A stretch of 38,185 nucleotides of DNA from Folioceros fuciformis. Lineage: Eukaryota. The position numbers and the translations under genes are program-made. The stretch covers positions 370,169 to 408,353 of the forward strand of contig JBNGIO010006320.1 in NCBI GenBank assembly GCA_049999805.1. The letters are read 5' to 3'. The notes below the pieces were generated by a model. That model was not told the origin of the DNA. It saw nothing but the letters and a program-made list of their open reading frames with translations, and did not search any database. The first letter of the stretch is position 1. Each line of letters starts with the position of its first letter. This document shows positions 1 to 9,385 of the stretch, piece after piece.

Positions 1-1083
1 CGTCCCCCGACCATGTACACCATCCTCCACACCTCCTCTGGGCTGCAGATTCCGACTTTGTCGTTGCGTGCTGTCCCAAATGCTGCAGCGGCCGGTCTGG
101 CCATGGAGACCAACACTCCTCTCTCCCCCTCTCTCTCCAGGCATCTTCCAGTCCGTTCAACGAGCCAAGGCCTGCCTGACCTGACTCCGCTCTCTGCCCA
201 TGGCTGACCATGGCCATTTTAAACGACCCGCTCTCTCCGCTCTCTCCCCTCTCTCCATCGGCACTCTCCGGCCTGTTTCGGGCCGTGAAACTGTTTCACG
301 GCACGGTTGGTGGGTGCTGGACACCCTGGTCGCTCCTGGGCCGCAAGCCAAGGCTTACTTCAGCTTCCTCCGCGTTTGTGGCTCCAACAAGCGTAATGCC
401 GTAAGCCGACACCTGGTGGGCCCCACCTCCTCCCTTTCCCCTTCCCTTGAACATGTGCCACCGGGAACCGGTCCAAAGGCCACAGACACGGACACGTGTC
501 GGTTCCCCCGTGGCCGACATCCTCCATGCCCACACCTACGTGTACACCCCTTCTCCGGGGCCTCATGCATGGACATGATGTAGGATAAGATGGGACCGCT
601 TTCCCATACCCCGTGCGGACTCTCCGTGGCTGGCCTTCTCATTTTTTCTCTTTTTCTATCGTACGGGAACGGCGCTTTATTTGGCCGGGTACCACCACTA
701 GTCCTTGTTAAAAGCCCGTTGGGTCAAAAAAAATGTATCCAAAGACTTTGTGGACCAAGTCTATGTACCTCTCTACCAGAACATGGCTTACGTCTTTATT
801 GTTCATGTTGCGAACACAACACATGCGGACACCCATCATTTAATACGGTTGTATGATACCATGCAGCAGGGACAATGGTGACGTGGCACAAGACACGGGG
901 AAGGCATGTGAATGCAGAAGTGATCAGTTATACCACAGCAAAGGGCTCCTCACTGGCACTTCTTCAATGGCATGTGCCTTGTTCCCCTTTCAACACAATG
1001 CAGGATAATGGGGATGGGATTTTTTATCTTTCTGCAAACCAGCAGTCACACGTGTTGACAAAGCCCCCTTTCCGGGGCAACAA

Positions 1084-1245
1084 TATGAATAAAACAAGTG
1101 GTTGACAAGACAACAGAACATTGATTGCTAAGAATAATGAATAAAATCAAAGTCTTATATATACATAATGTAAGCAATGGTTCACTACTTAACCCTAATC
1201 CATAAGTAACCATAGACATAGGCTAAGGTTAATTCCCCTTCAACA
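1084..1245 (-). repeat. 3' LTR of element A
   Basis: Direct repeat of 9137-9300, roughly 90% identical by eye. Follows the PPT on the minus strand and starts TGTTG. Confidence 0.9.
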
Positions 1246-1525
1246 CCCCCTCTTAGACTTAGGCGTGTCTTCGCGACTTCAGCTTCCCTGCATGGAGACT
1301 AAGGGGAAACACGAGGAAGGGCAGACGACAGCAGACTCATCATCACACTCGGCTTCGCGTTCAGCAAGTAGTAGCGCTCCCCCACTCCCCTTTACTCTTT
1401 AGTACAAGGCTGGTAGAGGCGTAAAGAAGAGGCGGTATACAAGAATGGTGACCAACTTGGCTTACACAATGGCATCAGTTGAGCTATTCATCTTCGTGCT
1501 TGTCCATCTGCTGTGCTTGGCGATC

Positions 1526-2030
1526 ATGAGGACTCGCAGCAACAAGGAGCTCCAACCTCGCTCTCCTACTAAGAAACAGAAGCAGAGAGTTGCCAGCCCA
1601 CAACCCACAGCCTCAAGCATGGAGGCCTCCTCATCAGAGGTGGTGCCTCTAGGCAAGGATGAGATCATCAGAGGCTAGGAATGGGATAGCAGACACATCG
1701 TAGGGGAATACGTTCGCCTAGGGAACTATCACGTTGAGCTGAACATATCCCTAATGATCAACAAAGTGAGGAAGAGAGACGCCCGTAGCTCCAAGCCTCC
1801 AAGTCATGAAGAAAGTGAAGAGAGGAGGAGTCTTGTGAAGCAGCTAGAGGATACCATCAAGTTGCTAAACAAGATGAAGGAGGTCGGGTTTGACTAAAGC
1901 CAGATAGAAGATTAGGTAATCTTGCTGCTTCATCCTTCTGTGGCTCATGGGCTTCAAGGGTTCTAGAAAAAACTAACTTCCTCAGCACTTAGGTCTTGTG
2001 ATGCAGGTTGTTTGGTTGAGACGCAACCAG
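1526..2030 (+). pseudogene. Decayed ORF antisense to element A, between the truncated RT and the PPT
   Basis: One frame reads MRTRSNKELQPRSPTKKQKQR...IIRG*EWDSRH...EESEERRSLVKQLEDTIKLLNKMKEVGFD*SQIED*... The stops are TAG/TAA, each one transition from a sense codon. No family recognised. Confidence 0.4.
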
Positions 2031-2034
2031 GAAG

Positions 2035-2917
2035 CAGGCAGAAGATAGAGCTTAGGGTAAGCTTATAGACATTTGTGTCAGCTGTATTCTGAACGAAGTC
2101 GATGCTAAGTAGATAAAAATGCATAGTAATGTACCATACCCTCCCACTTTGTTTCATACCATATATACACTTTAGGAGTTTTAATACCTTGTTTGGGTGT
2201 GCAAGGTCCTCATACGCCTCAGGTTGGAGCATTTACAGCTCCTCATTGAGTGCTCCATACAAGAACGTCATGCAAACATCCATCTGCAGGAGGTCAAGGT
2301 CGAACTGTGTGGCATAGGCTAGAATGAGTCTGATGGATTGGCTGCGCACAACAGGTGAAAAAGTTTCCTGATCATCAAGCCCTTCAACTTGAGTGAAGCC
2401 TCTACCCACAAGTCTTGCTTTGAATCTGGCCACTTCTTCTTTGGCATTCAATTTTAACTTAAAGACCCATTTGCAGGATATGGCCTTACCTCCTGGTGGG
2501 AGATCCACAAGCACCCAGGTCTTGTTCTTGACAAGAGACTAGTATTCATCCTCCACTACGGCCTTCCATTGCACATGTTCAGGACTAGTAAAAGCTTGAG
2601 ACAAACTGGTGGGCTCATTCGGCAGAATTGTACTGGCTGCAAGACCTGGAACAAGGTAAGTTCGAAAATCGATGGACTGATAATGAGGTTCCTTTCACTC
2701 TGAGGGTGGTGGCTTGTGTCGTGTTGAACGCCTGAGTCCCCGATCTGGTTTAGGTTCAACGTTGGTAGCAGGCTCATTTTCAATATCAGGCTCCTCATGA
2801 TCATTAGGGTCAGCAGCATCTGCAACTGCAGCCATGTCGATGGCTTCCTCTGCCTCTGGGTCCCCTAGAAGTACCCCCTCTCCATCCGGTAAGGGTGGAA
2901 TGGGAGAACTATAGGGT
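2035..2917 (-). pseudogene. Copia pol fragment of element A: IN-RT linker and N-terminal RT
   Basis: EPTSLSQAF..W..., KNKTWVLVDLPPGGKAISCKWVFK, RFKARLVGRGFTQVEGLD, QMDVCMTFLYG, LLKCIYGMKQSGRVW. Has in-frame stops and ends before the YVDD motif and RNase H. Confidence 0.9.
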
Positions 2918-3640
2918 TATTAAAGCCCAATGTGCTTAGACTAATGTGTTTAGTCTAAGATTAATGTCTAGTTAAGTATAATTTGTTTAGATTAGGTTAA
3001 GCTAATCTATAGGAAGCTTCTTGTGCAACTTCTTATGCGCTTCTTGTGAAGCTTCCTTGGGAGCTCTTCTAGAGAGTATAAATACCTCCTTGAGCTCCAT
3101 TGCTATTGAGACTCTGTGTGAGAGTGTGACCTCTCTTTCTCCTCTCCTCCTTCACCATGTGGCTCCTCCACCGATCCTTCAACTGGTATCAGAGCTAGGA
3201 TTGTGGAGCAAGAGGGTGATGGCTCTAGGTGCTGCGGACAAGGTGTGCAACGCCGTGAAGAGTGCACCGGAGTGAGTGAAGACAGCATTCGGCATCGGAG
3301 GTCCTTGTGCGGCATCCCGGGGTACAGAGGTCTTCAACCCCGTTGTGCAAGGCAGCATGGAGCGGGAGCCAGGTAGCGTGGGGTGTGCCCCAGGAGCGGG
3401 GCGACACTAGGCCCCCGGGGGCCGGGGGCCGGGGGGACGGGCGCAGGCGCTACAGGTGCCACGGGCACCCCGGCCGCAAGCGGGTGACCAGGCCCCAGCT
3501 CGGGCGGCTAGGCTGCGGGGCAGCCCAGGCCACGGGGCAGTTCAGGCGGCGGAGCAGCCCAGGCCGCGAGGGCACCCGGCCCCTGGCCTGGGCGCCAGAC
3601 CCGAGCGGCAAAATCCAGGTACGAGCAGCCTTCATCTTGT
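2918..3640 (+). mobile_element. Orphan 5' LTR + PBS + GC-rich leader of a third LTR element, opposite in orientation to A
   Basis: AT-rich segment with TATAAATA (about 3078) ending in CA at 3181, followed by a perfect TGGTATCAGAGC at 3184-3195. It sits where A's protease and integrase should be. Both outer boundaries are approximate. Confidence 0.7.
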
Positions 3641-3659
3641 AGAGAGCTTGACAAGCAGA

Positions 3660-4596
3660 CGGTAAGGATCCTCAGAAATGCCTTGGAGTTACTTGTCTTG
3701 TCCTTGACTGCCACATTTGCAGTAGGTTTTTGTTGCTTCTGGGGCTCACGTGCCTTCTACTTGCGGCATTCTCTTGCCCAATGGCCAGGAATCCCACACC
3801 AATTACAAGAACCTGGCCGCTTAGCATTTAAGGATTCTCCCCGCTATTGCTTGAAGGTATTGTTTCCTCCTCTAAATTTGTTTTGTCCTTTAGAAGAACG
3901 AAAATTCGTAGCTAATACCTTCTCGGCTTTGCTCTTATGAGCAGCAATAGAGAATGCACAACTCTGCTCCTCCTGGAACAGGGCACCAATCACCTCTTCA
4001 AGGGTAATGGAGATAGGTTGCCCAGCAGCAACAGCTGTGTGTGCCGTACGAATCGGTCCATTTTGGCTTGTAACAAAAGATTGATAGGAGAAAGGAAGAC
4101 TGGTTAGCACTTGGGCCACAATGTCCAATTCAATCATCTTGTTACCGTCAATCAACTGTGCCCGCAGATGTCGAAATCTACTGGTGTGAGTTGCCACCTT
4201 GTTGCCTTCCTTCATTTTAAATGCATAGAACTCCTGCCTTACAACACAAAGGGTCATCATGTTCTGTATTTGATATGTCCTTTCAAGTTGTGTCCAGATT
4301 TCAGCCGTAGCGGTGAAGAACTCAACTTCAGGAACGCGATCAGCATCTAGTCCTCTGATGAGCAGGGCTATGGCAATGCCTTTAAGCAAGTCCTATTTGG
4401 CAATCTCATCAGCCGAGGGCGTTGGAGTGGTATTGGAGTCTGGTCTCTTGGAGGTGCCATCCACAACAGGTCAAACACCATGTGCGATCAACATGCTTTT
4501 CATGCGAACTCTCCAAATCGAGTATTCCTATCCCTTGAACCTATCCTTTTCTTTAATTTTTTAGGTAAAGGATGGGGTGCTTACAGTTGTTGCCAT
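3660..4596 (-). pseudogene. Copia gag of element A (UBN2/Retrotran_gag-like region plus CCHC zinc knuckle)
   Basis: KEKDRFKG*EYSIWRVRMKSML, TAEIWTQLERTYQ, VAQVLTSLPFSYQSFV, and knuckle PGSCNWCGIPGHWAREC (about 3762-3815). Several stops. Clearly homologous to the gag of element B. Confidence 0.9.
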
Positions 4597-5193
4597 TTGA
4601 ATAGGTAATAGCTGAGTTGTTTGAACAACTTGGTTTAGGCTAAACTGTTGAAAGCTATTTGTTAATGCGTTCAACTGTGCCAGTAGGGATGCAGTGGACA
4701 TGAATACCTAGTCTGACTGTAATGAGCGATGGCCCTTACTAGTAGTACATGTAGGTATGCCATATCCAAGGCTGCATGCATGTTGTTAATGAATTGACGA
4801 AGGTAGCAGGGGAGGAACGCTAGGGGGTTAGCCAGAGGAGGGGCAGCCGTTGGCTATGCCCTACTCATGCTAAACTCCTCAGCCTTCCTTTCGAGCTATC
4901 ATGAAACGTTATTGACAAAACCCTAAAATTAATGCCCTATCATTATGATGTTTCAATTAGGTCAAAAACAACTATCGTGTCCCATTCATGGGAAACGACA
5001 TTAACTGACCAATGTTCTGTAGTGTAGCAAATTTGGGAGGAGGTGCAAGACAGAAAAGCACCATTTCAGATCTAGGCGACAACTTCTCCTACGCCTCGAG
5101 TGTCCCCACTCATGGGCAACGCAAATTTCTAAGAAACATGAGCACTGGATTCCACAGGTGAGCAATCTTGTTCAAAACTCTACAGCTTCAAAC

Positions 5194-8124
5194 TGTTAAA
5201 AATCAAGCTCTAACTGAATTGTTATTAAGAGCATACAACACTTAGGATAGTCTAGATTATCCCATATTGAACTCGTAGTTATCTACCACCTAAGCGTTAT
5301 CAGGATATACCAAGATATTGCACCCTCGAGACTAAGGCTTACCTTATCGAGGGTTGCCTCGATAAGGTAAGCCTGCTTGAAAATGAATTCAGCTGCTCCA
5401 TCTCTTGTCTAAGATTAGATGGAGGGAGAGAATATGTCTCAAATGAGTTTGACAAGTATCTTGCAGATCATGGTATACGAAGACAGCTGACTTGCAGATA
5501 CACACCACAGTAGAATGGTGTCGCAAAGAGGAAGAACAGGGTAGTCATGGAAACAGCAAGGGCCATGCTGAATGAGAAGTGCTTACCTAATGATTATTGG
5601 GCAGAAGCAGTGATGACAGCAGTGTATGTACTGAATCGAACTCCTACGGCAGGAATTCATTATGCTACACCAATTGAGAGACTGTATGGCTATAAGCCGG
5701 ATATTAGACACTTGAAAGTGTTTGGGTGCATTGCATATGTGCAAGTACCTGATGAGAAGCGTAGGAAGCTGGATCCTAAAGCGGTGAAGAATGTTTTTCT
5801 GGGGTATGCACGAAATAGAAAGGCATATAAGTGTTATGTGCCATCCACATGAGATCCTGATAAGTAGGGATGTGGTATTTGATGAGTTAGCTTCCTGGTA
5901 TAGCAACTCAGTTGCACAACCCTATGACAAACCCACAGGGAAGAGTACTGTTAAGAGTACTCCAGCAAAGAGTGAGGATGTGATCAATGGTGGATCACTA
6001 ATGGTGAATCCATGGTCTGAAAGACTACGGAATGGTAAACCCAAGACCACTGACCCGGACATGTTAGTGAGGGGGAGAGTAGAAAGCAGCAAAACTAGAA
6101 ATGAGGGATATGAATCCTCAAGTAGTGAGAGCATTGACAGTGAGGTTGGCATTCCGTCTGTGGAAACACCAGGTGCTATGGAGCAACGATATGCAAGGCA
6201 GGTTCAAATTGAACCAAGACCAAGGAGATCTGAGAGGGTTAGGAAACCCATTGACAGGTACACCTATACATGCTACAATGTGCAACATTATGCGTATATG
6301 ACAAGGGTCATAGCTTGTAAGGAGCCAACAAAGTTTGCTGAGGCAGTGACAGATGATAAGTGGTGTCAAGTCATGGATGAAGAATACTCAGCATTAGTTG
6401 AGAACAGAACGTGGGATTTGGTTCAATTACCTGATGACAAGGTTCCTATTGGTTCTAAGTGGGTGTACAAGATGAAGTTCAAGTTAGATGGAACGCTGGA
6501 GCGTTACAAGGCTAGGTTGGTTGCAAAGGGATATGCACAACAGTATGGTCTTGATTATGAGGAAACCTTTAGTCCAGTAGCCAAGATGACAACTGTAAGG
6601 ACAGTCATAGTATTAGCAGCAGCTAAAGGATGGAAGTTATGGCAAATGGATGTCAAGAATGCTTTCTTGAATGGTGAGTTGTAGGAGGAAGTGTACGTGG
6701 AACAGCCTGAAGGCTATGTTCATCCTAAGTTTCCAATGTATGTATGAAAACTAAAAAAGGCATTGTATGGACTCGAACAGACACCTAGAGCATGGAATGC
6801 TCGTATCACAAGCTATTTGAAGGAGCGAGGGTTTGCGAGGGTTTGTGATTGGAGACGTAGATCACAGTCTGTTTGTAAAACAGACCAAGGGAGGACAAGT
6901 GTGTCTTGTCGTTTATGTTGACGACCTAATCATCACAGGAGATGATGCAGATGGTATTGCAGATGTCAAGGCGAATATGCAAAAAGAGTTCAAGGTGAAC
7001 GATCTTGGTGAACTCAGATACTTCTTAGGAATTGAGGTTGTGTCTACACCTCAAGGAATCTGGCTATTGCAAAAACAATATGCTAAGGATATGCTGCAGA
7101 AGTATGGCCTGGTAGATTGCAAAGTGATGGATACACCATTGGAGCAGAACGCCAAGCTGCAAATGGATGTAGAAACTGAGCTGGAAAATGTGACCATATA
7201 TCGACAGATGGTCGGAAGTTTGATCACTTGACTATCACACGTCCTGACTTAAGTTATGCAGTAGGACTGATTAGTCAATTCATGCAGAACCCAAGGAAAC
7301 CGCACTTGGATGCAGTTAGAAGAACCATGAGATATGTGAAAGGAACTATTGAGTTTGGATTGCTCTATGAGCATAGGAAGCATCTTGAACTAACAGGATA
7401 TACAAATGCTGATTGGACTGGTTGTGCGTATGACATAAGATCAACCAGTGGATATGCATTCAGTTTGGGAAGTAGTATGATCAGCTGGCAAAGCAAGAAA
7501 CAACCGACAGTTGCTTTGTCAAGCACAGAAGCAGAGTATCGAGGAGCTGCAATGGCAGCCTATGAAGCAGCTTGGTTGCAGAAGTTGCTAAATGATCTTG
7601 GAAATATAGTGAACAGCAAGGTCACAATCTACTGTGACAACATGAGTAGCATGAGGTTGGCTACTAATCCTATGTTTCATACTCGTTCGAAGCACATAGA
7701 AGTACATTATTATTTCATCAGGGAAGCGGTATTATCTGAGAAGATAGATCTTCGGCACATGAAGATCGAAGACCAGGTAGCAGATACCTTTACTAAGTCG
7801 CTAGGTAGAGATAAGTTCTTACACTTTCGTGAACTACTTGGAGTGTTACAAATAGTCTGAGCTTGAGGGGGAGTGTTAGAAATCAAGCTCTAACTGAATT
7901 GTTATTAAGAGCATACAACACTTAGAATAGTGTAGATTATCCCATATTGAACTCGTAGTTATCTACCAACTAAGTGTGATCAGGATATACTAGGATATTG
8001 CACCCTCGACACTAAGGCTTACCTTATCGAGGGTTGCCCCGCCTGAAGGCTATATATGTAGCATCCTGTGCACCATAATGTATGTACTGTGGAGTCCATC
8101 TAAGCCAGTGGTGCTATTTTAACA
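5194..8124 (+). mobile_element. Nested Ty1/copia element 'N' with an internal deletion
   Basis: TG...CA termini, TSD CAAAC at 5189-5193 and 8125-8129, full 3' LTR at 7874-8124 preceded by PPT GAGGGGGAG (7865-7873). The 5' LTR is truncated at about 5375 and joined directly to the integrase core. Confidence 0.93.
5378..7860 (+). pseudogene. Copia pol of element N (integrase core, RT, RNase H) with stops and frameshifts
   Basis: CLRLDGGREY, YTPQ*NGVAKRKNR, HLKVFGC, YKARLVAKGYAQQYGLDYEETFSPV, VVYVDDLIITG, TRPDLSYAVG, SKKQPTVALSSTEAEY, RSKHIEVHYYFIRE, in IN-RT-RH (copia) order. Confidence 0.95.
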
Positions 8125-8129
8125 CAAAC

Positions 8130-9093
8130 CCATGTGTTGCAGGAGATCAGTAATATTTCTGATGTCTTGCTGGAGTCGATTTGTGCAGACAAGAATTGCT
8201 CGTTCTGCTTGGGAGTCCATATAGCGGATTCTGTTCTTGAGACAAATATGATTTGCAGACACTAGAGATAAGACCCTCTCCACGCGGGTGAGAATTTCTT
8301 GTGCCTTTTCCTTGACACTTGTTATGCCGGTATGAGGGTTGAATTTCGTGTTGCGTTGCGTTGCTATTGGTGGTTGGATTCTCGCAATAGGTCGAAGGGC
8401 CTTCCTAGAAGGTCTGGACAAGAAATTCGATGAAGCTAATGTTGCAGATCGAGGTGTGTAGTACAAGTCGGAGTTTTGCCCACGCCGGTAGCAACGTTCT
8501 TGACATAGTTTGTCAACTTCTTGATTTCTGTTGATTCTTTTTGTAGATGTGTTGCAACAATGCTTGGCAGCAAACTTATGTAGCTAGAGGTCAGAGTAGT
8601 TTCGATCGTAGAGGTCCAGCACCGTATCTAGATGTGTGGGTGCTGTATGCCTTGGTGAAGATCATGCTGGAAAATTGTGTCTAGAGGACAGATGTGTGGG
8701 TGCTGTATACCTTGGTGAAGATCATGCTGGACAATTGTGTCTAGAGGACAGATGTGTGGGTGTTGTATACCTTGGTGAAGATCATGCCGGACAATTGTTT
8801 CTAGAGGACAGATGTGTGGGTGCTGTATACCTTGGTGAAGATCATGCTGGACAATTGTGTCTAGAGGACAGATGTGTGGGTGCTGTATACCTTGGTGAAG
8901 ATCATGCTGGACAATTGTTTCTAGAGGACAGATGTGTGGGTGCTGTATACCTTGGTGAAGATCATGCTGGACAGTTGTGTCTAGAGGACAGATGTGTGGG
9001 TGCTGTATACCTTGGTGAAGATCATGGTGGACAATTGTGTCTAGAGGACCCACCTCGGAGTGAGGCGCTACTATTTTTACCATGCCTTGGCAT
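8130..9093 (-). pseudogene. Decayed extra ORF upstream of gag in element A (continues at 5188 beyond the nested insertion)
   Basis: The ATG at 9093 opens MPRHGKNSSASLRGGSSRHNCPP*SSPRYTAPTHL..., in the same frame as ORF 8119..8466. Shares motifs with the extra ORF of element B. Confidence 0.55.
8630..9049. repeat. 60-bp minisatellite, 7 near-identical units
   Basis: Unit AGATGTGTGGGTGCTGTATACCTTGGTGAAGATCATGCTGGACAATTGTGTCTAGAGGAC, visible as identical columns in consecutive 60-nt lines. Confidence 0.98.
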
Positions 9094-9136
9094 CTTTAAG
9101 ATCTGTACTCAAGATACTTACCATGCTTTGATACCA

Positions 9137-9300
9137 TATGAATAAAACAAGTGGTAGACAAGAGAACAAAACATTGATTGCTAAGAAAAATGAATAAAAC
9201 CAAAAAAGGTCTAATATACATAATGTAAGAAACGGTTCACTAATTAACCCTAATCCATATGTAACCATAGACATAGGCTAAGGTTAATTCCCCCGTAACA
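9137..9300 (-). repeat. 5' LTR of element A
   Basis: Direct repeat of 1084-1245, immediately followed on the minus strand by the PBS. Confidence 0.9.
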
Positions 9301-9385
9301 AACAACGGCCGTCATGGTGCTAGGAGAGCAGGCCGGTGCATGAGGTCCTTGCTCCCTACAATTCGGAGCAGCGCAAGAATTTGCA

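Larger units (their letters stand above)
1084..9300 (-). mobile_element. Ty1/copia LTR retrotransposon 'A', decayed and internally rearranged, hosting two nested insertions
   Basis: Paired LTRs of about 163 bp at 1084-1245 and 9137-9300. 5-bp TSD AACAA at 1079-1083 and 9301-9305. tRNA-iMet-type PBS (TGGTATCAAAG on minus, 9126-9136) next to the right LTR. Polypurine tract (AAGAGGGGG on minus, 1246-1254) next to the left LTR. Minus-strand copia gag and RT remnants inside. Confidence 0.92.

Noticed and set aside
1-860. GC-rich start with a 10-bp inverted repeat (282-302), GACACG/ACACGTGT motifs and several short ORFs
   Set aside because: It could be a hAT-like subterminal region or a promoter, but no TIR, TSD or recognisable protein is visible, so no call is supported.
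3300-3665. Arg/Gly/Pro-rich ORFs in the GC-rich patch
   Set aside because: Open frames on both strands are expected at this GC content, and no domain is recognisable.
8628-9145. His-rich repeat protein (HDLHQGIQHPHICPL, ORF 8628..9083) and its plus-strand mirror ORF 8636..9145
   Set aside because: Both are by-products of a 60-bp array that lacks stops in those frames. The frame with similarity to element B is a different one.
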